DNA from: a phage
Length of the DNA: 64,000 nucleotides
Sequence record: PX436236.1
Direction: 5' to 3' (one strand)
The notes under the pieces are model-generated. The model saw nothing but the letters and a program-made list of their open reading frames with translations. It made no database searches and was not told the origin of the DNA. Shown here piece after piece: positions 8,706-17,755 of the stretch. Numbering within the stretch: position 1 is the stretch's first letter; each line of letters starts with the position of its first letter. Both the position numbers and the translations under genes were made by a program.

Positions 8706-10037
8706 TCAAACGTAGTAGGCGTCAGTACGAGCACGAGTAATACTAACATAAGCCAGCTGTGAAGCTAAATTCGCATCAGCCATATGCATGCATGGAGTAT
8801 AGATGAAACTGTTTTGGACTGTAAGTCCTTGGGATTTATGAACAGTGCTCACAGGAAGAGCTCGAACCTTAGTAAACATTCTCTTAGCTTTCCAGAAATC
8901 AGCCCACTTAGGTTTCTTACCACTACCACGCATGGCTTTGTATTCAGTAGCAACCTTAGCCAAGAAATAATGGAACTTCTCAACCGAAGCCTCATCGATA
9001 ACCTTTAAATGCTCTACATAATACTCATCATCTTCATCGATAGATTCTACTTGCAGGTCCCAGTAATTAATCATTTGTCGAGTGCCTACATCCTTAGCAG
9101 ACAAGAACAATGAGGTGTGGTTCACATCCAGAATACGAACCATTTGACCGTTATTAAAAATGGTTTCAGAGAATTTCTTACCATCGTATTCAAGTTCCTT
9201 CATAAAAGGCTCTTGCATCACCAGGATTTCACCCTTGATATAAGGTGCATCGGTTTCATAAAGCTTTTTACGAATAATGCTATTCAGCTTTTCAACCGAT
9301 TTATTTGTATAAGCAAACATCCTATTTTCAAATAAGGCATCCGCGTCTTTTACAATGGAAAAATAATTCATCATAAAATCTTTTAAAGCAGTTTGAGATT
9401 TAAAACCATGGACACCATGTCCTTCGAATACACAATCTCTAAACCATCCGCCATTACGGATTTCAGTAGCAACCTCAATGATTGGAGCATTGCTACGCAT
9501 TACTTCGGTCAAATGCAATTGCTTGATTTTTGGATGGGTAAAGAACGGAGACAACTGTGGACTACCATCACTTCCAGGTTCCACTGGCTGTAGCTGAGCT
9601 CTGTCGCCAATCCCTAATACAGTACACCATGGTGGCACTGAAGATTCGATAATCTTAAACAGCTTACCGTCAATCATCGAGCCTTCATCAACAACCAGAA
9701 CGTTACATTTGCTCAAGTCAGGAGCTTCGCGTTGTTCAAAGATGTCCTGGTCTTCGTACGTAGTAGGGTTAATCTTTAAGATTCTATGGATTGTTGATGC
9801 TTCTTGACCTGCGAGTTTCGACAACACCTTTTTGGCCGCATGGGTAGGTGCAGTCAAAATAACTCCGAGTTCACCATTCTTGACTAGATGGTCAAGAATA
9901 AATTTGGTAAGGGTTGTTTTACCCGTACCAGCAGGGCCGTTCAATGTAATCCATTCGCCCTTACGTCGTTTAATAGCTTCAATGATTTCTTTAAAGGCCG
10001 TCCTCTGGCCGATGTTCAAGTCTTCAAATGTAATCAT
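8706..10037 (-). CDS. dda: Dda DNA helicase (SF1), 443 aa
   Basis: Walker A GPAGTGKTT and extensive similarity to remembered T4 Dda along the whole length. Confidence 0.9.
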   Translation of the reverse strand: MITFEDLNIGQRTAFKEIIEAIKRRKGEWITLNGPAGTGKTTLTKFILDHLVKNGELGVILTAPTHAAKKVLSKLAGQEASTIHRILKINPTTYEDQDIFEQREAPDLSKCNVLVVDEGSMIDGKLFKIIESSVPPWCTVLGIGDRAQLQPVEPGSDGSPQLSPFFTHPKIKQLHLTEVMRSNAPIIEVATEIRNGGWFRDCVFEGHGVHGFKSQTALKDFMMNYFSIVKDADALFENRMFAYTNKSVEKLNSIIRKKLYETDAPYIKGEILVMQEPFMKELEYDGKKFSETIFNNGQMVRILDVNHTSLFLSAKDVGTRQMINYWDLQVESIDEDDEYYVEHLKVIDEASVEKFHYFLAKVATEYKAMRGSGKKPKWADFWKAKRMFTKVRALPVSTVHKSQGLTVQNSFIYTPCMHMADANLASQLAYVSITRARTDAYYV

Positions 10038-10333
10038 GCCAATTTTACTCGCTTAACATATAAAGTGTCTAAAACTAATTTAAGTTCTCGGGCTCGTTCT
10101 TCGGTAGGATATACTGTTTTAGTTTCCCACTTATCAAACCACCATTTTCTAGGTGTGTACACCGTTTCAATGCGTCCCTTACTTAAATATTGTTTTGTAG
10201 TGTATGAATACCCAGCACATTCGAAATCAGCAGCGGCTTTTGTGGAATATAAGGTCACCTTTCCGTCATATTCCAATGGAATTTCATACCCATCTTTGTC
10301 CTTGTGAACTAATACGTATGCATAGTACATCAC
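10034..10333 (-). CDS. hypothetical protein, 99 aa (dda.1 position)
   Basis: ORF whose stop overlaps the dda start. Confidence 0.5.
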   Translation of the reverse strand: MMYYAYVLVHKDKDGYEIPLEYDGKVTLYSTKAAADFECAGYSYTTKQYLSKGRIETVYTPRKWWFDKWETKTVYPTEERARELKLVLDTLYVKRVKLA

Positions 10334-10334
10334 G

Positions 10335-11084
10335 TTAACCTCTAATCAGTGAAAAAATTGAAGCATTCAGCGGAAGACCTTTTTTCAACTTCATTTTGTC
10401 AATAAAAGAAAGGTGTTCTAAACGCTCCAGACCTTGAATAATTTTATCATACATATCGTAACGCATTTCTGCTTCAGACAATTTAAACTTGACACGCCAA
10501 TCGGGCCCGCCAATTAAAGATTTAAGACCCTTTTCCATAGTACCGATTGAAGCGTTAGACCCATGGATACGAGCTTTAACCGCGATGACCGAAGGGGTCT
10601 TATCAGTAGCTCCTGATTTAATAAGGTCCTTAAGACGTTTTTCACGCTTTTTAAGACCTCTTTGGGTATCTTTAATATTTTTAACGATTTTACGAATTTT
10701 ATAATAATTATCGGGAGTAACTTTAAAACTATTAGGCATTTTAGAACCACCTGAAATACGGGACGCTAAACGAGTCTGTGCACGTTTCAATTCATCTAAA
10801 GACAAATCAGCTCGCAACCCGTTGTACTTAACTTTAACCGGGATTACATTACCTTCGATATAACCTATATCGTTGTTAAAGCGTTCAAACGAAATCTTAT
10901 CTTTATCTGAATTCTCATCAAAGCGCTCGCCTGAATATGCACACACTTTTTGTTCAAGAAGTCTACGAACGTACTTACTAGACAGGTTAAAGTCCTTACC
11001 ACGTTTCTTGGCAGAGGCTTTAGTGTGTTCGCGCCGTTTGTAAACCTTTGCATCAAATTCATCGGTAGTTTTAATAGTAGGCAT
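10335..11084 (-). CDS. hypothetical basic protein, 249 aa (srd position; contains a degenerate HNH-like segment)
   Basis: Position between dda.1 and the mod genes; segment CAYSGERFDE...ISFERFNNDIGYIEGNVIPV; identity unverified. Confidence 0.5.
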   Translation of the reverse strand: MPTIKTTDEFDAKVYKRREHTKASAKKRGKDFNLSSKYVRRLLEQKVCAYSGERFDENSDKDKISFERFNNDIGYIEGNVIPVKVKYNGLRADLSLDELKRAQTRLASRISGGSKMPNSFKVTPDNYYKIRKIVKNIKDTQRGLKKREKRLKDLIKSGATDKTPSVIAVKARIHGSNASIGTMEKGLKSLIGGPDWRVKFKLSEAEMRYDMYDKIIQGLERLEHLSFIDKMKLKKGLPLNASIFSLIRG

Positions 11085-11113
11085 AATATTTTTCTCATCT
11101 TACGGACGATTAG

Positions 11114-11153
11114 CTGATAGGTCTATAGTATCATGTTGCTCGGTAAAGTAAAC
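11114..11153 (-). promoter_or_regulatory. Early-promoter cassette
   Basis: GTTTAC, 17 nt, TGATACTAT, AGACCTATCAGC upstream of the 10335-11084 ORF. Confidence 0.5.
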
Positions 11154-11222
11154 ACTTTTTTGCTTTAAATTTTCGACGGTATAATGAATCAAGGACTTTG
11201 CCTTTCAATTAAACCGGGCGCT

Positions 11223-11837
11223 TCAGTAAGAAAGAACGGAAAGATTCCAAATGGTGTAATTATTCCATTTAGGATTTCTCTCAATAGAGTCTACGCGCAG
11301 CGTAGTTCCCGCAGGGAACATCATCTCATCTTCATCATTTATTAATTGTAAGTTTGCTACACGGGTAGATTCAGGAAATGCGCCAGGGAACTCTTCAGGG
11401 GGTGCAGCACATAACATTTTAAAGATTTCTTCCTGATAATTGTACACAAATGGTGCATCATTAATACAAAAGATATTAAATGTGCCGTAGAAGTTATAAG
11501 ATGCGAAGTTACGAGCTACATTGAAATCTTTTGAGAAGCTCATTACTCGGTCGAATTCAATTACGGCACCTACACACATTGTGGACTCTAGATACTTCAT
11601 AGTCTTTTTAGATATGCCGCGATAGAGCTTATCAGGCACTACAGAAGTCAGGTTCTTACGGATGATTTTGTTCAGAGTTTCCTGGATAGTATCTGGTTTA
11701 TTTTCCATGCACTGCCAGAGGGTACTCTGTTCTAAATCAGAATACACCTCATCAATTTCTATCTGAGTATTCTCACGGAAATCATCGCATTTGGCATTGT
11801 TGATAAATTCTGCTAATTTATGGCTCGGATATAACAT
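11223..11837 (-). CDS. modA: ADP-ribosyltransferase, Mod family (ModA-like), 204 aa
   Basis: R-S-E toxin-type motifs: LYRGI, SFSKDF, EDEMMFPAG; assignment of A versus B is by position only. Confidence 0.6.
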   Translation of the reverse strand: MLYPSHKLAEFINNAKCDDFRENTQIEIDEVYSDLEQSTLWQCMENKPDTIQETLNKIIRKNLTSVVPDKLYRGISKKTMKYLESTMCVGAVIEFDRVMSFSKDFNVARNFASYNFYGTFNIFCINDAPFVYNYQEEIFKMLCAAPPEEFPGAFPESTRVANLQLINDEDEMMFPAGTTLRVDSIERNPKWNNYTIWNLSVLSY

Positions 11838-11850
11838 ATTATTCTCCTCA

Positions 11851-11892
11851 GTTGATAGAAAGATAGTACCACAAGCTTCCTTGCCTGTAAAC
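11851..11892 (-). promoter_or_regulatory. Early-promoter cassette
   Basis: GTTTAC, 17 nt, TACTAT, CTTTCTATCAAC, then GAGGAGAA RBS. Confidence 0.5.
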
Positions 11893-12461
11893 TAAAAATC
11901 CAACATTTTTAAATGAATTGTTTTATACTCGATTTCATACGGGTCTCTTTTGACGGTTTCGATTGCAACAATCTCAAATCGCGATTGGCTGGAGACCATG
12001 AACTCACATTCAGTTTCAACCATATCATAGAGGTCAATACGGGTTTCATCTATTTCAAGCTCATCTACATTCCCAGCAAGAACAAGGTCGATAGCATGAT
12101 TGTAGTAGTCGAAAATGAACGGTGCATTCCTGAGACTTAAAATGGTTTTGGTTCCATATTCCCATGCCCCTGCGAACTGACGAGCCTGAGAGTATTGTGT
12201 ACTAAAAGAAGTGACTCGACCAGGAGACCATTGACACCCTACTGAAAGGAGCTCTAATTGCTCAAGTTCTCTGGCGGTAATCCCACGATATAACTCTACT
12301 GGAACCGCTGAAGTAACATGCTTACGAACCAGCTTGTCAAGGTCGTAATGGAAGTTAGGGTCCTTTTTAGCATCCAGACATTTCTCTAACAAGGCTTGTT
12401 CAGATTTTGAAAATTTGGAATTGATTCGGTCTTGGTAAAGACATTTTTGTTCGATGTTCAT
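11892..12461 (-). CDS. modB: ADP-ribosyltransferase, Mod family (ModB-like), 189 aa
   Basis: R-S-E motifs: ELYRGI, SFSTQ, ECEFMV; paralog of the adjacent gene. Confidence 0.6.
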   Translation of the reverse strand: MNIEQKCLYQDRINSKFSKSEQALLEKCLDAKKDPNFHYDLDKLVRKHVTSAVPVELYRGITARELEQLELLSVGCQWSPGRVTSFSTQYSQARQFAGAWEYGTKTILSLRNAPFIFDYYNHAIDLVLAGNVDELEIDETRIDLYDMVETECEFMVSSQSRFEIVAIETVKRDPYEIEYKTIHLKMLDF

Positions 12462-12470
12462 ATGACCTCC

Positions 12471-12515
12471 GGTGATTTAGAGGTCATTATAACATGAAGG
12501 GAGGAGGTGTAAAAC
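12471..12515 (-). promoter_or_regulatory. Early promoter with RBS-containing hairpin
   Basis: GTTTTACA, spacer, TATAAT, then GACCTC...GGAGGTC inverted repeat that includes the SD. Confidence 0.45.
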
Positions 12516-12516
12516 T

Positions 12517-12705
12517 TTATTTTACCCAGGGAGCCCAGGGTGGAGGGTCTAAGTAATAAGAAGCAAGGTCACTAAGGACCTCTTTAGGCAACTTAAAACC
12601 ATGCTTCTGTATAATCATATCAAGTTCGTTGACAAGGTCAACAGGCGGCTCCTGAGTTGTTTCAGGCTCAGGGTCCGGAATGACAAACATATCAAATAAG
12701 TCCAT
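12517..12705 (-). CDS. hypothetical protein, 62 aa
   Basis: ORF. Confidence 0.4.
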   Translation of the reverse strand: MDLFDMFVIPDPEPETTQEPPVDLVNELDMIIQKHGFKLPKEVLSDLASYYLDPPPWAPWVK

Positions 12706-13193
12706 TAGTAACCACCGATAGGACCGTAGCCATACATACGAGCTCGCGCCTTAGCATCACGAATAGCTTCTTCAGTCATGGTAAAGCGCAATCCAATATC
12801 AAAGTGTTTCCAAATCTGACGTTCAACTTCAATAAGGTCTTCGGTAGCGGAAATCAGATAAGTACGACCTTTAAGACGTTCGTTGGACATTCTATCGGTA
12901 TCTTTATAGAAAATGTCCATTGTTCCTTCGCCATACGGGTCCGGATGGCGATAACCCTTGATATGTAATGCTTCAGCCAGGCTAAAAGGACAATCTTCAG
13001 CAACATCAACATTTTTGTTATGGTAAGCCTTCATTAGAATATTTTCTGGTGGCTTAATATCTTTTAATCGTGTTTCTAGCTGGGTTATAGAATTCGTACC
13101 ATTATCGACAAGGATAAGACACGCCGTAGCATCATAAGGACGCGTTTGTCCAGATGAATCACGTACATGGAATTCTAGTTCATAAACTTTCAT
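12705..13193 (-). CDS. hypothetical protein, 162 aa (mrh region)
   Basis: ORF; position only. Confidence 0.5.
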   Translation of the reverse strand: MKVYELEFHVRDSSGQTRPYDATACLILVDNGTNSITQLETRLKDIKPPENILMKAYHNKNVDVAEDCPFSLAEALHIKGYRHPDPYGEGTMDIFYKDTDRMSNERLKGRTYLISATEDLIEVERQIWKHFDIGLRFTMTEEAIRDAKARARMYGYGPIGGY

Positions 13194-13347
13194 TATGATT
13201 TCCTCTTCTTAGTTTACCTACTAAAGGACCATCCGGAATTTTATTTTCTTGGATGTATTTCTCGTTTTCTTTCATCATTTTACTACCAATTTTAAGAAGC
13301 AAATCCAGTGCCTCTTTAGCTTGTTTTTCGGCCTCTTCAGTAGTCAT
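13180..13347 (-). CDS. possible small protein, 55 aa
   Basis: Own translation [55 protein letters not shown]; ATG overlaps the upstream stop. Confidence 0.3.
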   Translation of the reverse strand: MTTEEAEKQAKEALDLLLKIGSKMMKENEKYIQENKIPDGPLVGKLRRGNHNESL

Positions 13348-13544
13348 GATTTATCCCCATAGATGTCACGCATAATTCTAAGAGCTTCGCGTTCTAATTT
13401 CTTTTCGCGTTCTTCACGGATACCTTTAAGAATCCATTCTTCGGACTCGCGTTTCATTTCTGCATTAGCTTGGTCCAACCACCCGTCATCAAGATAATCA
13501 CCAGGACGGTCCAGCCAATCTTTAAGCCATGATAAAGGTTTCAT
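13344..13544 (-). CDS. hypothetical protein, 66 aa
   Basis: ORF. Confidence 0.45.
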   Translation of the reverse strand: MKPLSWLKDWLDRPGDYLDDGWLDQANAEMKRESEEWILKGIREEREKKLEREALRIMRDIYGDKS

Positions 13545-13867
13545 TAATCACACGAGCCGGACGATGAGTCACAGCTTCCTGAGTCATAAGACGAATAAGA
13601 AGAATCACCAGTCCAAGAACTGACAGCAGCCGCAACCATAATAGGAGTAGTATCAATATGGCTTGTGCGACGAGCTTCTAGATGCTCTTTAAACTTTTTA
13701 GAATTCAAAGGAAGGGCACCCGGGCCTACATTACCGGCTTTTTCAGGTTGACGGATAACTTCTTCCATCATACCATCGCCCACATAAACATATTCCTTCA
13801 GACCTGAGATAGGAACCACCCCTTCACCAGGTTTGGTCTTGAAAAAATTCTTAAGCCAACGAATCAT
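13544..13867 (-). CDS. hypothetical protein, 107 aa, Ser/Cys-rich C-terminus
   Basis: ORF. Confidence 0.45.
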   Translation of the reverse strand: MIRWLKNFFKTKPGEGVVPISGLKEYVYVGDGMMEEVIRQPEKAGNVGPGALPLNSKKFKEHLEARRTSHIDTTPIMVAAAVSSWTGDSSYSSYDSGSCDSSSGSCD

Positions 13868-14109
13868 AGGAAACCTCGTTTAAATTCAACTTTATCGATA
13901 TCATCAGTCTCGTGACGGATTTCGGCATTAAATTCGATAGAACCGTCTTCATGCATCATAAATGAATGGACAATAACTTCGGTATACCAAGGAGTATAAA
14001 AGTACTTTTTCAATACATGATTAGCGATAATTTCATCTAAAGTTTTATTTGGTTTAATCCAACGATTTAACATAGCATTCTCCTCTATAAGATAAGACCA
14101 TCTTAACAT
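13864..14109 (-). CDS. hypothetical protein, 81 aa
   Basis: ORF. Confidence 0.45.
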   Translation of the reverse strand: MLRWSYLIEENAMLNRWIKPNKTLDEIIANHVLKKYFYTPWYTEVIVHSFMMHEDGSIEFNAEIRHETDDIDKVEFKRGFL

Positions 14110-14135
14110 AACCTTCTTAGAAAGTAAACCCTTAA

Positions 14136-14163
14136 AACCAAAAAAGGAACCCGAAGGTTCCTT
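14136..14163 (-). terminator. Terminator hairpin (AAGGAACC-UUCG-GGUUCCUU) with U6
   Basis: Perfect stem, UUCG loop and TTTTTTGG directly downstream of soc. Confidence 0.55.
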
Positions 14164-14167
14164 ATAA

Positions 14168-14401
14168 TTAAACTACTGGGGTCGGCGTAAACATCGCCGC
14201 GTTCTTAGTTCGCCAATCGGCTGCATCAGTTACTACAGTAGTGTATGCCGCCTTTTCAGAAGGAAATGTCTGATAGTGTGCATTCGCAATACGATGCTCG
14301 TTTGAATAGATTTCAAACGGAACAGATACTTCAACACCTTTAACTTCTTTACCTTCACCAGCCGGATGCGTAAAGGTTTTGATATTAACGAAACCACCCA
14401 T
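14168..14401 (-). CDS. soc: small outer capsid protein Soc, 77 aa
   Basis: GFVNIKTF ... ANAHYQTFPSEKAAY matches the remembered T4 Soc sequence. Confidence 0.8.
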   Translation of the reverse strand: MGGFVNIKTFTHPAGEGKEVKGVEVSVPFEIYSNEHRIANAHYQTFPSEKAAYTTVVTDAADWRTKNAAMFTPTPVV

Positions 14402-14432
14402 AATAAACTCCTTTGTTGTTTAATTACAGGTG

Positions 14433-14440
14433 TATTTATA
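14433..14440 (-). promoter_or_regulatory. Late promoter TATAAATA upstream of soc
   Basis: Exact TATAAATA on the minus strand about 30 nt before the soc ATG, then AAGGAG RBS. Confidence 0.5.
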
Positions 14441-14444
14441 CTGC

Positions 14445-14678
14445 TTATTTTATCATAACCTTTTTAGTTAAAAGCTCGTCAGGATGCCTTCTGGCGTATG
14501 AAGGGCTTTCTTTTACTGGGGTATTTGAAATAACATCGCTTAATTTATCAGCTCTAGCTTTTAATTCTACGTGTTCTTTTGAATCTTTAAAAGGATGACT
14601 AATTATTTGCAAATTAAGACCATGTAATTCATATTTAAGCCCTTCCATAAATCTTGCTGGGCCCCCGTAATTATTCAT
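14445..14678 (-). CDS. hypothetical protein, 77 aa
   Basis: ORF between soc and the HNH endonuclease gene. Confidence 0.35.
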   Translation of the reverse strand: MNNYGGPARFMEGLKYELHGLNLQIISHPFKDSKEHVELKARADKLSDVISNTPVKESPSYARRHPDELLTKKVMIK

Positions 14679-15519
14679 TTTCGAACCTCTTTACCATGTT
14701 TATATAATTTTCGTCTGGATAACCTAAACTAACTGCTAACTTTCTAAAATTCACATATTTTGGTTTGTTATTAGCAATCCATAAATTCCTAAGCTCAGTT
14801 TCATAATTCCATTTGAGTTGATTGCCTCTAGCAGTTTTGCTCAAAGTTTTTCCTTTATCTTTTAGAGCTTTTTCCGAAGACTGTTTTAATTTTTGGAGAT
14901 TTAAAACTTCCTCAACAGATAAATTATTTTCTTCTGCATAGCGCGCACAAAAATCTTTTACTGTAGCTATTAGACAGTTTTTGTGGGTACCTAAAACTTC
15001 CGGATTATTTTCTTCAACCAAAACTCCCCAGTATCTTCGATAGCGAGGCATATCCCGCGAAATCCAGTCATTATACCAGAAATCAAAATTAGAATACATA
15101 AAGGATTTTCTTTTACGGAGAATGTCTTGCTCTATCCACTCCCCGCGTTTATCGGCCCATAACTTAATAGTAAGGTCTTTCTCTAAATCAGAAAGCTTCT
15201 TAAACTGGGCACTATTTGTTAGTGTCATTCTCTGGAATGCATTAAGCAAACCCACCACCTGAGTTGAGCACAAAAGATAATGAACATATATGTGTTGGTA
15301 TATAGGAAGATAGACCCTATTCCAAGGAGAGATTTTAAAATCGCTGTATTCTGGAAATGCACACTTCGGAAGTATATGATGAGCTTCCGTTTTAGATTTG
15401 GTATGGACGTTTAGTTTATACTTATCTATAATTTTTAAGTAATCATCTAAAAGTTCCCATTGCGGGAACTTTTCTTTAAGAACAGATTTGAAATTAATAT
15501 CCATTGTCCTGGCGTTCAA
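14671..15519 (-). CDS. HNH homing endonuclease, 282 aa
   Basis: HNH motif EAHHILPK...N...H; C-terminal LGYP..NY segment shared with the HNH gene at 50778-51542; sits in the soc-56 interval. Confidence 0.6.
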   Translation of the reverse strand: MNARTMDINFKSVLKEKFPQWELLDDYLKIIDKYKLNVHTKSKTEAHHILPKCAFPEYSDFKISPWNRVYLPIYQHIYVHYLLCSTQVVGLLNAFQRMTLTNSAQFKKLSDLEKDLTIKLWADKRGEWIEQDILRKRKSFMYSNFDFWYNDWISRDMPRYRRYWGVLVEENNPEVLGTHKNCLIATVKDFCARYAEENNLSVEEVLNLQKLKQSSEKALKDKGKTLSKTARGNQLKWNYETELRNLWIANNKPKYVNFRKLAVSLGYPDENYINMVKRFENE

Positions 15520-16012
15520 AGTTGTGTTTATTTTTCAAATAATAAAGTTTAAACATTTCTTCGGCCGTCATATTCAGGCCAATAGCCATATTGAATACGA
15601 AGTGCATGATGTCAATGAGTTCGAATTTAATTTCGAGTTGGTCTTCAGGAGACATTTCTGAAATAGGTTTGGCCTGTGCTTCTGGATAACGAGCTTTCCA
15701 TTTTTTCCAGACAGCAGATGCATCTTTCTCACCTTTAGACATTTCACCAAGTGAAGTCAGAAGTTCACGGAATTCATCGTCAATACAATCTTTCTGTTCA
15801 CGCATCCAAGCAACAACATCACCGGCTGTCGCTAATTTGTCCGGATGGTAACAATATTCACGGTCATTAGCCAAACGAACCTGTAAAGATTTCTGCATAT
15901 CAAGCATAACTTGCAGAGGGTCTTTATCTTCATGAATCAGAGCATTAAAATAAGCTTCCTCAGCTTTATCAACACCATCAATCAGGTTTGCGCATTCGTT
16001 AAAGTATGCCAT
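15494..16012 (-). CDS. 56: dCTP pyrophosphatase gp56 (MazG-like), 172 aa
   Basis: N-terminus MAYFNECANLIDG resembles T4 gp56; size and position agree. Confidence 0.8.
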   Translation of the reverse strand: MAYFNECANLIDGVDKAEEAYFNALIHEDKDPLQVMLDMQKSLQVRLANDREYCYHPDKLATAGDVVAWMREQKDCIDDEFRELLTSLGEMSKGEKDASAVWKKWKARYPEAQAKPISEMSPEDQLEIKFELIDIMHFVFNMAIGLNMTAEEMFKLYYLKNKHNFERQDNGY

Positions 16013-16050
16013 TATATTTTTTCCTTTTCAATTCATTAGTAAGTTAGATA

Positions 16051-16074
16051 ATTATAAACTGTTAGATTAAAGCG
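16051..16074 (-). promoter_or_regulatory. Candidate middle promoter upstream of gene 56
   Basis: CGCTTTA (MotA-box-like), 11 nt, TATAAT on the minus strand. Confidence 0.35.
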
Positions 16075-16103
16075 AATAAATATTAATTTAACAGGAGGAT
16101 AAC

Positions 16104-16304
16104 ATGGGCAGTATTTTTTACCAAATCTGGAAATTGGCCGAAAAGAAAGACAGGAAAATGATGTTAGGTTTTCTTGCGCTAGACGTATTCCTTTGGAATC
16201 TTCTAGTAGTCCCTGTAGCCGCTAGCCAAGGGATAATTTTACCAGCGGTTACAATGGAACACGTGTTAAGCATAATTGGATTCTTTAGCGGAGTTCCTGC
16301 CTAA
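16104..16304 (+). CDS. small hydrophobic protein, 66 aa, the only convincing plus-strand ORF
   Basis: Strong SD (acAGGAGGataacATG) in a 288-bp gap with no minus-strand coding; product is a predicted membrane protein. Confidence 0.4.
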   Translation: MGSIFYQIWKLAEKKDRKMMLGFLALDVFLWNLLVVPVAASQGIILPAVTMEHVLSIIGFFSGVPA

Positions 16305-17329
16305 ATTTTAGAATATTTTGAAAGTCTCATTTTTGCCATTAAACCTTGGGCTATATTAGCTTTCATATATGCCAGTACATCATTTATATCAGCTTTATCT
16401 TTCATAATCATATCATTTATATCTTTAGAAGGCCATGGAGCCTTGTCCCAGAATAGAACCCTTTCGCCAGCATCAACTAATCGTTGCATACGCTTAATTG
16501 TGTCAGGATGGCGGGGTTCATTGTCCATTACCCAGGCACGAGTTTCTTTACATGGAACCATAGCCAAGTCCAACGACCCGCCAGTAATTGCTATTGCATT
16601 CGGAACAAACAAAGAGTCAATAGGGCCTTCCATTACCCACACCAACTGACGTTCGTCAACTGTATCCATTCCATATATTTTTGTAGCTTGGTCATGAGCT
16701 TTTATTGTAATATATTTTTGTGGAGCATCTTTACGTAAGGCTCGACCCTGAAAACTTTCAATTTGTTTATTCTTATTGAAAATTGGAATAACCAAACGAG
16801 GCTCAGGCATTTCTTTAGAATAGGTCCCTGGATTGACAGAGTTCACCAATGCCGGCCATTCTTTAGTAAACCACAGCCGGTTCCATTTGTTTTCAGGAAT
16901 GCAACGTAACGTCACATATTTGATAATAGGATGGTCCTTTGGCATTCTATCTAGTCGTTCACAGAAATTAAGCTTTTCGATGACAGGCATCTTGGCTTTA
17001 ATTTTTTCAGATATCTCCACCTTAGGTGCAGCTTGTCTCCCGAACGATTGCTCTTTATGTTTCTCAAGAATATATTCTCGATATAAATCAGGCTCATATT
17101 CGTATAGATACTTCTTAATTCCTGCTGAATAGTCACAGTTAAAACAGTGCAGCATTACGGAGCCGTCATTGGCCGGATAGGCCCAAAAACGAGCTTTGTT
17201 CTCATCTTTTAGGGAGTCGCCACATACACGACAACGACAGTTTAATTTAAAATCACTACCAGTTACTTGTCTGAATTTAGGTTGATAATTCAAGGCACGT
17301 ACAGCAAATTCTCTATCGACATATGACAT
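16301..17329 (-). CDS. 61: DNA primase gp61, 342 aa
   Basis: Zinc ribbon CRCRVCGD...CFNCDY, TOPRIM region, C-terminus AQGLMAKMRLSKYSKI as in T4 gp61. Confidence 0.9.
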   Translation of the reverse strand: MSYVDREFAVRALNYQPKFRQVTGSDFKLNCRCRVCGDSLKDENKARFWAYPANDGSVMLHCFNCDYSAGIKKYLYEYEPDLYREYILEKHKEQSFGRQAAPKVEISEKIKAKMPVIEKLNFCERLDRMPKDHPIIKYVTLRCIPENKWNRLWFTKEWPALVNSVNPGTYSKEMPEPRLVIPIFNKNKQIESFQGRALRKDAPQKYITIKAHDQATKIYGMDTVDERQLVWVMEGPIDSLFVPNAIAITGGSLDLAMVPCKETRAWVMDNEPRHPDTIKRMQRLVDAGERVLFWDKAPWPSKDINDMIMKDKADINDVLAYMKANIAQGLMAKMRLSKYSKI

Positions 17330-17367
17330 TATTTTTCCTTGGGCTCTAAATTAATAGAGCCATTATA

Positions 17368-17529
17368 TCATTCGTTTTCGGATTTTTCTTTACGCTTTTT
17401 AGATGGGATTTGTTCAGGCCCTTTGTTGACGACCGCGCCTGAGGTAGTTCCGGAGGCAATATTAGATGGGTTACCACCTGCATCGCCTGCGACCATATCT
17501 TCGTTCATAACTTCTTTAAAAGATTTCAT
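17368..17529 (-). CDS. possible small protein, 53 aa
   Basis: Own translation MKSFKEVMNEDMVAGDAGGNPSNIASGTTSGAVVNKGPEQIPSKKRKEKSENE; AGGAG RBS. Confidence 0.3.
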   Translation of the reverse strand: MKSFKEVMNEDMVAGDAGGNPSNIASGTTSGAVVNKGPEQIPSKKRKEKSENE

Positions 17530-17545
17530 AGGCTCCTGGCCTTAT

Positions 17546-17755
17546 TTATATTACGAAAATAGCTTTATCACCATTTGCATCAGTGACTTCGTACGTATCT
17601 TCGTGGTAAAGTGGAATAATCCAAGTCACACCATCACCGGCAATAATATGGATAGCTTCTTGGTCCTTTGATACGATTTCATACTCTTCGAATAATTCGA
17701 ATACAGAAATCTTAGAGCCCGTACACATTGCACTCATATTGTTCCCTTCTCTCAA
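17546..17755 (-). CDS. hypothetical protein, 69 aa
   Basis: ORF. Confidence 0.4.
   Translation of the reverse strand: MREGNNMSAMCTGSKISVFELFEEYEIVSKDQEAIHIIAGDGVTWIIPLYHEDTYEVTDANGDKAIFVI

Noticed and set aside
9888-10307. Plus-strand ORFs of 60-196 aa overlapping well-supported minus-strand genes (for example 8145-8504, 9888-10307, 23756-24190, 36535-36984, 63227-63817)
   Set aside because: Each lies antisense inside a conserved gene (dexA, dda, gene 42, gene 47 and others) with no RBS noted; they are shadow ORFs.
10335-11084. Calling the 249-aa protein an active HNH homing endonuclease
   Set aside because: The HNH-like segment lacks the catalytic His and Asn pattern (ERF...N instead of DH...N...H); the T4-equivalent position is srd.
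17543-17550. TATAAATA octamer as a late promoter for the 53-aa ORF at 17368-17529
   Set aside because: It overlaps the stop of the upstream ORF and would leave almost no leader before the RBS, so it may be coincidental.
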